Source: a virus. From it: DNA of 64,000 nt. This document shows, piece after piece, positions 1-9,582 of this stretch; the first letter of the stretch is position 1, and each line of letters starts with the position of its first letter. Under the pieces are notes generated by a model. It made no database searches and was not told the DNA's origin. It was given only the letters and a program-made list of their open reading frames with translations. The position numbers and the translations under genes were made by a program. The stretch is taken from positions 1 through 64,000 of IMG/VR virus record IMGVR_UViG_3300037264_007554; one strand, 5' to 3'.

Positions 1-308
1 TTGTTGAAGTGGCCTTGCAGGAGGTCGCGGATCTTCTCGATTTTTGCGACACGGGCGCTCTCTTTGGCCGTTTGAGCACGCTCGGCGCGTTCGGCTTCCG
101 TTTCGGCCGGGGGCTCCGCCGCTGGCGGGGGAGTTTCTGTAGGCGCAGGCGCAGGCTCCGGCGCAGGCTCTGGCGGAGGAGTGGGCTCCGGCGCAGGCGC
201 AGGCGTAGGCGCGGGCTCTGGCGACTCCGGCATTCGCGTGTTCGGAACCGTCGGCTCCTCGGAAGCGGAAATGGTTTTGCTCTCTGTTTTTCGGATTTTT
301 GTGCCCAT
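1..308 (-). CDS. Pro/Glu-rich protein, partial (runs off left end)
   Basis: MGTKIRKTESK...PEPAPEPAPAP...KIEKIRDLLQGHF; leaderless promoter TTGAAC-N16-TATACT-N6-ATG; absent from the ORF track because it is truncated. Confidence 0.7.
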   Translation of the reverse strand, partial: MGTKIRKTESKTISASEEPTVPNTRMPESPEPAPTPAPAPEPTPPPEPAPEPAPAPTETPPPAAEPPAETEAERAERAQTAKESARVAKIEKIRDLLQGHFN

Positions 309-327
309 GCGCGCAGTATATCCCCGT

Positions 328-630
328 CTATCGTCCGTTCAAAACTACGCAGCGTCTGGGTACGAAGCTGTCGGCGCTCTGCTGCAGCTTGAAGACGGCT
401 CGGGCCCGGGACTTCAGAGAGGCTTGTTCCCGTGGCGACAGCCCTCGACGCTGTAGCTGCGCATCTTCATGCGTGCCTGTCCCGCGCCGCCAGAGCTTCG
501 ATGCGTCTTCACAGCGTCCGAGTCTCGCCAGGATCTCCGCGAAGTCGAGCAGCTTGTAGGCTTCGGTGTAGATCTTCGCGACCTGTTCGACTTCGTTCGC
601 AGAGCCGAAGCCACGACGGCGCCGCCTCAT
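328..630 (-). CDS. Small basic protein with N-terminal poly-Arg (MRRRRRGFGS)
   Basis: ATG overlaps the stop of the upstream gene. Confidence 0.7.
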   Translation of the reverse strand: MRRRRRGFGSANEVEQVAKIYTEAYKLLDFAEILARLGRCEDASKLWRRGTGTHEDAQLQRRGLSPREQASLKSRARAVFKLQQSADSFVPRRCVVLNGR

Positions 631-1796
631 AGAATCGTCACGAACGGCCCGTGGAACCATCCAGCCATCGGCGCCATGCCGGGCTGTTTCCGCAAGACTG
701 CCAGAAGCTCCGGGTCAGACGTGTAACTGTTGACTTCCCGCAAGGCCGCATTGAAAGCTGCGGTCAATCTTTGGTCTACTTGAGCGACCGTGTATACGGC
801 CCAGGGATTCGGGCTGTTCAGGGCATCCAGCGGCGGCACGGCTGCTTCACCGGGCGCGAATGAGCTGGCTCTTGTGAACGGCACCGAGATCAGCGCGAGC
901 GCCTGCGACTGGGCGAGAGGATAGTTCTTTTTTCTGAATTCGTTGATCGCGTAATTGATGGCGCCATTCCACGCGGCCGCGATCAACTTCGCTATCGTGG
1001 GATCCAAAATCGTCGTGACCGTCGGCGTTTTCTTGGGGGCAGTAGGTGGATAAGGTAACGGCGCGATCACGACCGGCCGCGGTGGCGTCACGACCGGCCG
1101 AGGGGGCGGCGGTGGCGGCGGTGGCGGTGGCGGCGGAGGCGGCACCGGCCGTGGGGGTAGCGGGAGCGGCCGGGGCGGAGGTGGCGGGGGCGGGGGCGGC
1201 TCTTGCGCTTTGGCTTGTGCAGCGGCGACCTGTGCGGCGCGGGCGGCGTCAGCCTGGCGCTGCGCTTCGGCCGCGGCCTGGGCAGCTTCGGCGGCAGCTC
1301 GGTTGGCTTCGTCACGCGCCCTCGCGGCGTCGGCTTGCTGTTTTGCGGCGGCGGCTTGCCGGGCTTCGGCCTGGGCGGTTGCGAGATCAGCGGCTGCGCG
1401 CGCTCGGGCCGCGGCTTCTCGGAGTGCGGCCGCGGCCGCGGCGGTTCTTGCCTGAGCGGCGGCCGCTTCGGCGTCGGCTGCGGCCCTTCGTGCGGCAGCG
1501 GCTTGAGCCGTGGCCAGAGCGGCGTTGGCCGCGTTCGAGGCGGCCGCGCGCGCGTTGGCGTCGGCGTTGATCAGGGCCGCGCGCTCGCGGCCAGCAGCAG
1601 CGTTGGCGGCGGCCATCGCATCTCCGGCGCGCTTGCCCGCGGCGTCTGCTTCACCTTTGTATCGCTCGGCGTCAGACTTGGAGGCTGCCAGGGCTTTGCG
1701 GACCCCCCAGAACAGTCCGGCAACCAAGCCGACGGCGCCGACGCTGAAGGCTACTTTCGCACCGGTGCGGGAGTCGTTTTGCCTGTAGCGGGGCAC
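627..1796 (-). CDS. Membrane-anchored Ala-rich coiled-coil/Pro-rich protein, putative virion protein
   Basis: N-terminal TM helix, long Ala-rich helix, poly-Pro hinge; GTG start 7 nt after a promoter -10. Confidence 0.7.
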   Translation of the reverse strand: MPRYRQNDSRTGAKVAFSVGAVGLVAGLFWGVRKALAASKSDAERYKGEADAAGKRAGDAMAAANAAAGRERAALINADANARAAASNAANAALATAQAAAARRAAADAEAAAAQARTAAAAAALREAAARARAAADLATAQAEARQAAAAKQQADAARARDEANRAAAEAAQAAAEAQRQADAARAAQVAAAQAKAQEPPPPPPPPPRPLPLPPRPVPPPPPPPPPPPPPPRPVVTPPRPVVIAPLPYPPTAPKKTPTVTTILDPTIAKLIAAAWNGAINYAINEFRKKNYPLAQSQALALISVPFTRASSFAPGEAAVPPLDALNSPNPWAVYTVAQVDQRLTAAFNAALREVNSYTSDPELLAVLRKQPGMAPMAGWFHGPFVTIL

Positions 1797-1842
1797 GGAC
1801 GGCAGGATCGCACGGAGGGGAAGGCTGGCGCAAATTGCGTTT

Positions 1843-2130
1843 TTAGCGACGCCTGCGCCGACGGCGGCGCGCACCGCCCAGAAGCGCGGAGGAAGGACTC
1901 ACGCGGCCGGAGGCTTTGCGCTTCCGGCCTTTCTCGTAGCACTCACCGGTGAAGGTGTCGTGGTAGGGAGTGCCTCTCTCGACGGTCGCGATGCAAACCG
2001 TCCGGCCTACACCGATGCCGGGGGAGGAAATCAGGGTGGCGAGATTGCGGATTTCGCGCAAGGTGCCGGAGCGCGTCGCCTGCTGCATGTTGTCCTTGTA
2101 GACACCGTGGTAGCTCTTTTTGAAAGCCAT
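1843..2130 (-). CDS. Small basic protein ending LLGGARRRRRRR
   Basis: Leaderless promoter TTGCGT-N18-CAGAAT-N6-ATG. Confidence 0.7.
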   Translation of the reverse strand: MAFKKSYHGVYKDNMQQATRSGTLREIRNLATLISSPGIGVGRTVCIATVERGTPYHDTFTGECYEKGRKRKASGRVSPSSALLGGARRRRRRRR

Positions 2131-2201
2131 GCCTGCATTCTGCCCGAGAGCCCGGCCCAGACGCAAATTGCAACGGATCACGGCAGGAGTATGCTGGGAG
2201 C

Positions 2202-2420
2202 ATGATTTTCGGCAGACCGATTCGTCCCCGTCCAGGGCCCCGGCCGCGACTTTTTCGGCCGCACGCGCGAGGCTTCGGCCCGCGCTACGTCCAGACCACG
2301 TACATCCCCGAGTACATCCCGGCCGCGATCTCGGCGTGCGTGCCGGACACGGCGACTCGGCTGCCGCCGTGCTCGGGGGTGTGGGTTCGCCGCGGCAACG
2401 CTTTCTGCTGCGAGGGGTGA
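2202..2420 (+). CDS. Small Arg/Pro/Cys-rich protein
   Basis: Leaderless promoter TTGCAA-N16-TATGCT-N6-ATG; coupled to next gene. Confidence 0.6.
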   Translation: MIFGRPIRPRPGPRPRLFRPHARGFGPRYVQTTYIPEYIPAAISACVPDTATRLPPCSGVWVRRGNAFCCEG

Positions 2421-2635
2421 TGAAAAAGCGCGGTTACAAAGTCTGTTGGACATTCACGTCGTTTGTTCGCCAGACGTGTCGAACCTTGTCGGCGAAGCAA
2501 CACCGCAATGCGCGTGAGGCAGCGGAGACCGTTCTTATGCAGAATCCCGGCGCTGTTGTACGGGTGGTGAGCCCAGGCCGTGGCGGTCGCGGCAGCCGTT
2601 GGCGACTCAAGGGTTTGAGGGCGGTGCGGATTTGA
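2420..2635 (+). CDS. Small basic hypothetical protein
   Basis: TGATG coupling, MKKRGYKVCW... Confidence 0.6.
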   Translation: MKKRGYKVCWTFTSFVRQTCRTLSAKQHRNAREAAETVLMQNPGAVVRVVSPGRGGRGSRWRLKGLRAVRI

Positions 2636-2637
2636 AA

Positions 2638-2856
2638 ATGCGCGGCACTTTCTGCGAGCGCTCTCTCGCGCCCAAGTCGCGCGTCGCGAAGCGCAGCTTC
2701 CGGTGGATCAAGCGCGGGCCGAACTGGCTCTTGATCGGCTGCCCGAAAAGGCAGTGGAAGCCCCGGGCTCAACGCTGCAAGGTTGGGACGATGGCCGTGA
2801 AGATTCTTGTGAAGGCCCGCGGACGGTGCAGGGTCGGAAAGCGAATCGCAAAATGA
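2638..2856 (+). CDS. Small basic Cys-containing protein
   Basis: MRGTFCERSL...; stop overlaps next start. Confidence 0.6.
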   Translation: MRGTFCERSLAPKSRVAKRSFRWIKRGPNWLLIGCPKRQWKPRAQRCKVGTMAVKILVKARGRCRVGKRIAK

Positions 2857-4967
2857 GTCTTCCCGATCAAATAGTCCAAGGTCTCTTCAACGCCTCTGGC
2901 GCGGCGTTGCTCCGCGGCGCGATCGTTCGGGTTACGTCGGGTGTGAAGCAGGCAACCTTGGCGCAGGCTGAAACCAGTCTCACCGGTACGATCGGAGTTG
3001 CCAACAACGCGACAGGCGTGGGCGGAATTTTCAACGTAGTGATGGCTGGCGCAGCGAAGGTGTTGCTCGTGACGGGGCTCGCGCCTGCGGCCGGGCAGAT
3101 TGTCTATGTTTCGACCACGGCTGGCCGAGGTTCGACCGCCCAGAGCAACAAAGTCATCGGTACGATCATTGATGCGAGTGCGTACTCCACGGTCAACCCT
3201 TACGTGACCGTTCTTCTCGGTGTCGCCGACGTTTCAACCAGCACGGCGACGATCTGGGGTTACAGCACGATTCGCTATTTTGCGGTGGATTACGCCGCGG
3301 GCAATGATGCCAACCTCGGTTACTCGGATGTCGATATGCCGACGGCGGGGACCGTGGCGTTGAAGACGTTGACTGCGCTGGCGGCACGGCTGCCGCTTCT
3401 CGGTGCCGGACGTAAGGTCGTGATCGCTATCGCGACGCGTGCAGGCGGCGCGACCTATCTGAAGCCGGATGGTGTGACTCTGGATGATCTGCTTTTGCAG
3501 GGCATCTACGGTTACCGCAAGATGTTGATTCGCGGGACCGTTACCGACGCAACGGCCGGATCGGTCAAATTCGCGAATGATAGTGCGGATAAGATCATGG
3601 CCGGGTTCGTCCGTGCGACCGGGACAAATTCCGCCGGGTACAACGTGACCGTCAACACGTCGGCGCGTCAGGTGACGGTGCAACTTGCGGGTGGGGGCGC
3701 GGTCGCTCTCGCTACGAATTACACTTTCCGAGCGTTCCGGATCCGATTCGATTCAAATACGACAACCGCGGCTCTTCGCAACGTGACCCGGATGCTGTCG
3801 CTCGTTTCTGGCGCAGGCGATGTGTTCCACCTAGATGAGAACTTGCCCGCGTCACCTGTGACGGGAAGTGCTGGCGATGTGTTCTATATCGAAGGTGCGG
3901 GTGTAGCGGTTAACGCCTGGAAGACCACAATCTCTAACAGTGTTACGACGACCAACACTATAGCGGGCACTACGCGTCGCGCAGCCACGTCGATTGTAGG
4001 AATCAAGCAGGTGCAGGCCGGTGTTCCGACGTCTTTCGGAGCGCTCGCGGTTCGTGGCGTGGGGGACATGTTGGAGATTTGCGGCTGTTGGAGTTTTGCC
4101 GACGTGGCGATTTTCGGAGATCAAGACGAGTTGGCTTGTACGTCGTTTTACTCAGATGAAAACGAGGCCGTGGTTCGTGTAGGGAGTGGGTTGAAAAGCA
4201 CTGCAACGATAGCGGTGTCGTTCGGTGATCAGTTCGCAGGCGCTGTGATCGAAAATTTGAATCTGGAGTCCAGCGCATTTCCCGCGGCGTTTGGTTGCCA
4301 GATTTCAGACGCGCATTTCGTTAATCTCCGTATGGGATGTTCGTTCAACGCTCTTCTAGTAGACTCGTGTGGCTGGGGAACTACCGAGAGCAGCGTCGGC
4401 TCTCACATAGGTACGACTTCTACAGATACAACCAGAAAACCTCCACTTGTCGACGGCAATGACGGTAGCTCAAAAGCCTTTAGTATTGCGGACTCGCAGG
4501 TGCGGGTACAAGCGATTGAGTGCATCGGCGCAGGAGCTATAGCTGCAATTCGTTTGTCGGGTACAGGTGTCCAGGTAGAAATCGTTGGCGCTTTCGGATC
4601 TTCTGGGAACACATCGTTTGGAATCTCGCTTGCCGATAGTTTCGATGGCACATTGATCATCGACACGACGCTGACGACCGTCACGGGCGCAGCCGGTGAC
4701 ATCAGTCTCTTCGGAGCGCTCACGCGTACTTACGCCGAACTGGCTACATCTGGAGATTTCAAAGACGGCCGCGCCAATCTCGTGATGGCGATCAGCACGG
4801 GGAGCTTGTCGCGTAAGATCACCGCGGGAACGATCGGCAATTACCCTGTTATTGCTGTAGATCCTGCGGCTCCTGTCGACGGAGATTGTTGGTTAAAAGA
4901 TGTAGGCGGTGTGCGAACTTTCAATGCTCAGATCGCGGGAACAACGCGTTTCGTGGTGCTCACCTAG
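2853..4967 (+). CDS. Putative spike/receptor-binding protein 1 (704 aa)
   Basis: Starts MSLPDQIVQG; DUF2190/cement-like N-terminal module; Gly/Thr/Ser-rich beta-helix-like body; paralog of 5405-7276. Confidence 0.65.
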   Translation: MSLPDQIVQGLFNASGAALLRGAIVRVTSGVKQATLAQAETSLTGTIGVANNATGVGGIFNVVMAGAAKVLLVTGLAPAAGQIVYVSTTAGRGSTAQSNKVIGTIIDASAYSTVNPYVTVLLGVADVSTSTATIWGYSTIRYFAVDYAAGNDANLGYSDVDMPTAGTVALKTLTALAARLPLLGAGRKVVIAIATRAGGATYLKPDGVTLDDLLLQGIYGYRKMLIRGTVTDATAGSVKFANDSADKIMAGFVRATGTNSAGYNVTVNTSARQVTVQLAGGGAVALATNYTFRAFRIRFDSNTTTAALRNVTRMLSLVSGAGDVFHLDENLPASPVTGSAGDVFYIEGAGVAVNAWKTTISNSVTTTNTIAGTTRRAATSIVGIKQVQAGVPTSFGALAVRGVGDMLEICGCWSFADVAIFGDQDELACTSFYSDENEAVVRVGSGLKSTATIAVSFGDQFAGAVIENLNLESSAFPAAFGCQISDAHFVNLRMGCSFNALLVDSCGWGTTESSVGSHIGTTSTDTTRKPPLVDGNDGSSKAFSIADSQVRVQAIECIGAGAIAAIRLSGTGVQVEIVGAFGSSGNTSFGISLADSFDGTLIIDTTLTTVTGAAGDISLFGALTRTYAELATSGDFKDGRANLVMAISTGSLSRKITAGTIGNYPVIAVDPAAPVDGDCWLKDVGGVRTFNAQIAGTTRFVVLT

Positions 4968-4990
4968 AGGGTGGGACGGAGGATCTCGAA

Positions 4991-5185
4991 GTGAGTCAAC
5001 TTCCGCCCGAGTTGCTCGCGGCGCTCCGGCATCCGGACGTCCAGCTCGAATGTGAGCGCGACGTCATGAAGGCGCTGCGCCGGTTCATCTTCACGCCGGA
5101 TGCGGTTCTACCGTTCGATCAGTTCAACTGGATGCAGGCGCAATCGAATACGCCGGGGTCGAACACGCCGGGGTCGAACACATGA
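4991..5185 (+). CDS. Hypothetical protein
   Basis: GGAGG RBS before GTG; C-terminal SNTPG repeats. Confidence 0.55.
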   Translation: MSQLPPELLAALRHPDVQLECERDVMKALRRFIFTPDAVLPFDQFNWMQAQSNTPGSNTPGSNT

Positions 5186-5400
5186 AGCGCCGCCGACGTA
5201 AAGCTGCCTTGGGGCGTACACGCGAATCCGACATCGTGTACGAGAACACGGCGTGCTGGGTCCGGCGTGATCGGAGCGCCTACACGGTTTTCAGGATTGG
5301 CCTCACCCACAGTACATCGGACAGTGCCTACAAAAAGACCACGGATGGCTTGTCGATCGCAGTGGCGCGCTGCAAATACCTAAATCGTCCTCGGAGTTAA
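5182..5400 (+). CDS. Small phage protein with N-terminal MKRRRRKAALG extension
   Basis: Coupled ORF; body (THSTSDSAY...DGLSIAVARC) resembles a small phage protein family. Confidence 0.7.
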   Translation: MKRRRRKAALGRTRESDIVYENTACWVRRDRSAYTVFRIGLTHSTSDSAYKKTTDGLSIAVARCKYLNRPRS

Positions 5401-5404
5401 CCTG

Positions 5405-7276
5405 ATGAGTCTTCCCAACCAAGTCATCGAGTCCTTCAACAACGCCTCCGGCGTCGCTCTGTCCAGGGGCATGATCGTCCGGGCGGTCGCAGGCGTTCGG
5501 CAGACGGCACTCGCCCAGGCAAACACGCTGGCGAATCTCGCGCCGATTTTAGGTGTCGCGAACAACGCGACAGGGATCGGTGGTCTCTACAACGCGGTGA
5601 CGGCTGGGACCGTTGAGGGCTTGTTGGAAATCGGTCTGTCTCCTGTGGCTGGGCAGCCAGTTTATGTTTCGGCTTCCGTTGCAGGTCGCGGAACGACCGT
5701 GGCTTCAGCGCTTCCGGTCCAGATTGGAACGATTACCGACGCGACCAAGTACGCCACGACAGGCAGGGTAACGATCAGCTTGTTGTTCTCAGGACTTGCC
5801 GTGCCCATTTCTGCCGAATGGTCTCTTTCTACCTATCGGGTTTATGCGGTGAATTATGATACCGGGAGCGACTCGGCGCTGGGTTACGGGGAGGGGCCGG
5901 ACGAGACGACGGCAGCGCAAGCGGCGGCGCTGGTGCCGCTCAAGACGTTCGAGGAGCTGTGTAAACGCATCCCACCCATCGGGCAAGGCCGCAAGGTCGG
6001 TATCATCGCCATCCCGCGTGTTGGCGTGGACAAGAAGTTCTACGCGAAGGACGGCATCACCGTCGACAGCATGTGCCTCGACTCGATTGGCTACTCGGTG
6101 CCCAACGCCTTCGCTTCAAACGGTGTCCGCGACGCCAACGACAAGGTCGACATCGGGATGATCTCGGCCGTCACCGGCCCGAACGGTGATGGCAGCTTCA
6201 CAGTCGCCAGCGTCGCGGCCCACGTGATCACGCCGGTCAGCGCCGCAGCCATAACCCAGGCGTCGTCCCGTGGTTACTTCATCCGGTGGAAGGGCAACGT
6301 CACCGTCGCTCTACGCACGCAGGGCAGCACGATCGGAGACGTGACTGACGGGGTGTCGTTCGAGGCAGAGGCGTTGCCGACCGCGCCGGTCGCGGGCGAT
6401 GAGTTCTTCATCGAGCGGCCCGGCGTCATTCTCCAGACGATCAAGCTGTTCAACCGGCAACTCGAAAGCCTGACGCCTACCGGCGGCGTTCGCGGTTGGC
6501 AGGTCGGCGGCTTCGAGTTGCTCGTGACGCAGGCCCAAGGCGGGATCATCTGGGACCAGGGGATGACCTTCGTCGGTATGAACTTCACTGGCGCGAACAC
6601 GACGCTGGAAGTAACCGGCGGCTCGACGACGAACCAAACCTACGCGGACATGGCGGGCGCGACCATTAACACTCGCAAAGGAATGCGGTTCGCGGGACCG
6701 CTGAATATCATCTTCTGGGAAGGTACGACTCGTCAGGCGTTCGTCCTGTTCGTCTGCCTGTCGACCTGCTCCGTGTTCAACCTGGCGTCTTCGCAGGGCA
6801 TGTTCTCCGGGTCGCTGTTCGTCGGGCTACTCGGCGTCTTCGGCAACACCGGCTCGAAGTGGTACTCGGCGGGTGTCAACAACTCGCCCAACTTCGGCGC
6901 GACCAGCACGGCGCTCTTCAGCAAGCTCAAGACCATCGCTGGGCTTCAGATCGAGGGTGTCGATCTCCGCATCGAGAACGCGACGCTGAACAACGCGGTC
7001 GGGTCGAGCCTGGTCGTCAAGGGCAACTGCGACGTGTCGCTGAAGACCGTGGACGGCGCGGCGGCGGCGGGATTCTTCGGGCTCGACGTATCGGCGGGCG
7101 AGATGGTTCGACTGTGGAACGCTGGTGGTAACACACTCACGGGAACGGGTGGCGATGTGAAGTTCACGGGCGGCGCTACGCGGACGTGGGCGCAGATTGC
7201 GGCGGCGCACTTCGAGGATGTGAACTTCAACATCGCGACGGGCCCTGGTGGCAATTCGGCTCCGGTCTATGTGTGA
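5405..7276 (+). CDS. Putative spike/receptor-binding protein 2 (623 aa)
   Basis: Starts MSLPNQVIES; clear N-terminal homology to 2853-4967. Confidence 0.65.
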   Translation: MSLPNQVIESFNNASGVALSRGMIVRAVAGVRQTALAQANTLANLAPILGVANNATGIGGLYNAVTAGTVEGLLEIGLSPVAGQPVYVSASVAGRGTTVASALPVQIGTITDATKYATTGRVTISLLFSGLAVPISAEWSLSTYRVYAVNYDTGSDSALGYGEGPDETTAAQAAALVPLKTFEELCKRIPPIGQGRKVGIIAIPRVGVDKKFYAKDGITVDSMCLDSIGYSVPNAFASNGVRDANDKVDIGMISAVTGPNGDGSFTVASVAAHVITPVSAAAITQASSRGYFIRWKGNVTVALRTQGSTIGDVTDGVSFEAEALPTAPVAGDEFFIERPGVILQTIKLFNRQLESLTPTGGVRGWQVGGFELLVTQAQGGIIWDQGMTFVGMNFTGANTTLEVTGGSTTNQTYADMAGATINTRKGMRFAGPLNIIFWEGTTRQAFVLFVCLSTCSVFNLASSQGMFSGSLFVGLLGVFGNTGSKWYSAGVNNSPNFGATSTALFSKLKTIAGLQIEGVDLRIENATLNNAVGSSLVVKGNCDVSLKTVDGAAAAGFFGLDVSAGEMVRLWNAGGNTLTGTGGDVKFTGGATRTWAQIAAAHFEDVNFNIATGPGGNSAPVYV

Positions 7277-7284
7277 GACGAGTC

Positions 7285-7833
7285 ATGGAGACCGTTGTGA
7301 AGCGCGGTTTCCTTCGTACCGTTGGCAAGTTCGCCGCCTACTCCGGCGTGGCCGTCGCTGGGCTCATCGGCACCCGTTACCTCGCGGACATCGCGGCCCG
7401 CGGGATCAAGACCTCACTCCCGCTTTTCCCGACGTTATTCGGGACGTGGGCCATCGCGGCCTGGGCCACTGCCAAATGGGGCGGCCCGTTCGCGACAGCC
7501 CTGACGGTCGGCTCGGGGATCGCCGTCATCGACGAAGGTCTGACGTATGTTCTCCCGGCCGTCGGCTTGGGACCGAAGCGATCGGTTCCACGGCCGGGTG
7601 TTCTTGGTGCGTGCCCAGAGCAGTACGTCGCCGGACAGTTCCCCAGGCCGAGTTTGTTCCGTCCGGCTGCGCGCGACGCCTGCGACATGAACTTCTGGCG
7701 CGGCCGCTGGGTCGGGTGTCAGATCGGCGGCCCGAAGGGCTTGAAGACCCGACGGTGGTGCCACGATTCGTACTGGGGGCAGCAGTGCTGCCCAGCCGGG
7801 TCGAAGAACGTGGGGATGGACGAGTGGCCTTAA
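7285..7833 (+). CDS. Multi-TM membrane protein with Cys-rich C-terminus
   Basis: Three hydrophobic segments, then VLGA and a Cys-rich tail. Confidence 0.65.
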   Translation: METVVKRGFLRTVGKFAAYSGVAVAGLIGTRYLADIAARGIKTSLPLFPTLFGTWAIAAWATAKWGGPFATALTVGSGIAVIDEGLTYVLPAVGLGPKRSVPRPGVLGACPEQYVAGQFPRPSLFRPAARDACDMNFWRGRWVGCQIGGPKGLKTRRWCHDSYWGQQCCPAGSKNVGMDEWP

Positions 7834-8243
7834 CGACGACGGCGCCCAGCGAGGGACGGTGGTGCGGGGCAAGAAAGAATGTAGTAGTCGCCTGTGTCCT
7901 CGGTCTCGGGAACAGCGCGGGCGCGACCTTTCGCTGCCTGTTTGCGCCAGAAGCTATCAGCTTCGGGAGAACGAGTTTCATCCGAAGCCAAAGGTAGGTT
8001 GTACTTTTTGCAACTGAGTTTGGCAGCAGCTTCGTAGAGTCGTGTCGCGACGCCGCGTTTGCGGTATTCGGGCTCAACAAAAATACGGCTGATTTGCATG
8101 GCAGGGTGAGCGAGCGCCTCCTGCCTCGCGTCCGAGACGACGTAGCGAGTGACGCCTACGTAGCCTACTTGTTGACCCGAGATTCGAGCACTGAGGCGGA
8201 ACCAGTCGCGCGCGTGCTTTTTTCCTTCTCGAACGATCTTCAT
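7830..8243 (-). CDS. GNAT-family acetyltransferase with C-terminal LAGRRRR
   Basis: IFVEPEYRKRGVATRLYE acetyl-CoA motif A. Confidence 0.8.
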   Translation of the reverse strand: MKIVREGKKHARDWFRLSARISGQQVGYVGVTRYVVSDARQEALAHPAMQISRIFVEPEYRKRGVATRLYEAAAKLSCKKYNLPLASDETRSPEADSFWRKQAAKGRARAVPETEDTGDYYILSCPAPPSLAGRRRR

Positions 8244-8623
8244 CGCTTCCGCTCCTCCGGCGTCCACGGCCCGTGTCTCCCGATCCGGCAGGATGTAATC
8301 AAGGCCCGCTCCGGCGTGAAGCGCTGGACGCTCTTCGGCCGCGCGACCTTGTAGAAGTCTGCGGCCGGGATGCTCATGTTGCGCAGCTCTGCGTGCTGGT
8401 AGTCGTACACGCGGCCTGAGTGCTCAATCCAGGCGTGGGCGATCCGGCGTTGCGGCCGGGCCGCGTCGATGATCCGTGCATGCACGACGGTCGCGTCGTC
8501 GCCGAAGCGCTTCAAGGCCAAGTTCGCGTAGGGAAAGCACAGGCCGGAGGGCCCGCCTTGCACGCTCGGGTAGCGGCTCTGCCACTCTCTCAGGGCTGTC
8601 TTCGTGAAGAAACGCGCCCTCAT
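8240..8623 (-). CDS. Papain/transglutaminase-like small cysteine hydrolase
   Basis: GLCFPYA...HAWIE...VYD Cys-His-Asp pattern. Confidence 0.6.
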   Translation of the reverse strand: MRARFFTKTALREWQSRYPSVQGGPSGLCFPYANLALKRFGDDATVVHARIIDAARPQRRIAHAWIEHSGRVYDYQHAELRNMSIPAADFYKVARPKSVQRFTPERALITSCRIGRHGPWTPEERKR

Positions 8624-8811
8624 TTCCGTAGGCACCGGTCGCTGAAAGCAGCCTTCGCCCTGACCAGCGTCTCGTGGATCTGAAAACGGGCCCGTTGATC
8701 GTAGCGGGCCTTCGCCGCGTCTACGTTCAAAGAAATGAGGCGCGTGAGCGCGCTTTCGCACCGCTCGTCTGTGCGGGCGTTGCCCAGGCCGGTGCGGCGG
8801 CGTTTCTTCAC
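8620..8811 (-). CDS. Small basic protein (MKKRRRTGLG...)
   Basis: Coupled between neighbours. Confidence 0.6.
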   Translation of the reverse strand: MKKRRRTGLGNARTDERCESALTRLISLNVDAAKARYDQRARFQIHETLVRAKAAFSDRCLRK

Positions 8812-9537
8812 CTAGTTCCCCAGGTACGAGACGATGATTTCAGATCCGCCGCCCATCTTGGAGCCTTGGTACTGGCAGGGCACGTCGGGCTTGTACTGCG
8901 TTCCGGTCTTGCAGCCGTCGGTTCCCGGCTTCATCCCGCAGGGCGGATTCTGCCGGGCCGTGCAGATGTCGCAGCCGAGCGGGAACACGCCAAGGACTTT
9001 CTCGTTCCCGGCCGCACCGACCGGCGGCCCGAGCGTGGCGGCGCCAACGGTGATGGAAATCTTGTTCGAGTAGCCATCTACCAGACTGACGTCCGCGATG
9101 TCGTACCACTTGGGGTTGTTGATGTTCAGTTCGGCCTTCGTCGAGCCGCAACTGACTCGCGCGTCGAATGCGAATGTGGTGTTGAGGTACTTCCCACCCA
9201 GGGGCAAAGGCTGGGTGCCGTGCCCCGGCAACGTGAACTGGCAGGTGAGACGCGCGGACGACGTGCAGAACGGCCAGGCCGCAGGCAGCACGACCGAGTC
9301 GGCTCCGAAGGCGAAGTACACCACCACGGGGTCGACTGTCGTGTTCACCACCGCGACCGTGCTGCCGGGGGCGGCGTCGGTGTCGGAGGCGTCGGAGGCG
9401 TCGGGGCTCGCAGCATCGGGGCTGGAGGCATCAGGCAGGGGCGACGGCGGAGTGCACTTCTTTCCAAGGGTCATCGTCATGAAGGCGAGAGTCAGGAGGG
9501 TGATCAGACTGAGGACGACGGTGCCGCGCTTGTTCAT
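8812..9537 (-). CDS. Secreted/anchored thaumatin-like domain protein
   Basis: Signal/TM, PDAS linker, TKAEL...DIADVSLVDGYS resembling the thaumatin DxSLVDG motif, many Cys; leaderless promoter. Confidence 0.65.
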   Translation of the reverse strand: MNKRGTVVLSLITLLTLAFMTMTLGKKCTPPSPLPDASSPDAASPDASDASDTDAAPGSTVAVVNTTVDPVVVYFAFGADSVVLPAAWPFCTSSARLTCQFTLPGHGTQPLPLGGKYLNTTFAFDARVSCGSTKAELNINNPKWYDIADVSLVDGYSNKISITVGAATLGPPVGAAGNEKVLGVFPLGCDICTARQNPPCGMKPGTDGCKTGTQYKPDVPCQYQGSKMGGGSEIIVSYLGN

Positions 9538-9582
9538 AGTGGCAGGATCGCGCGTCCTGCCCGAGTGGTCAAATTGCTCAGG

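Noticed and set aside
627-1796. Tape measure protein or TolA call for the Ala-rich ORF
   Set aside because: Only compositional similarity; no tail genes or tol-pal operon nearby.
5143-5181. 15-bp tandem repeat encoding SNTPG
   Set aside because: Simple slippage repeat at a C-terminus.
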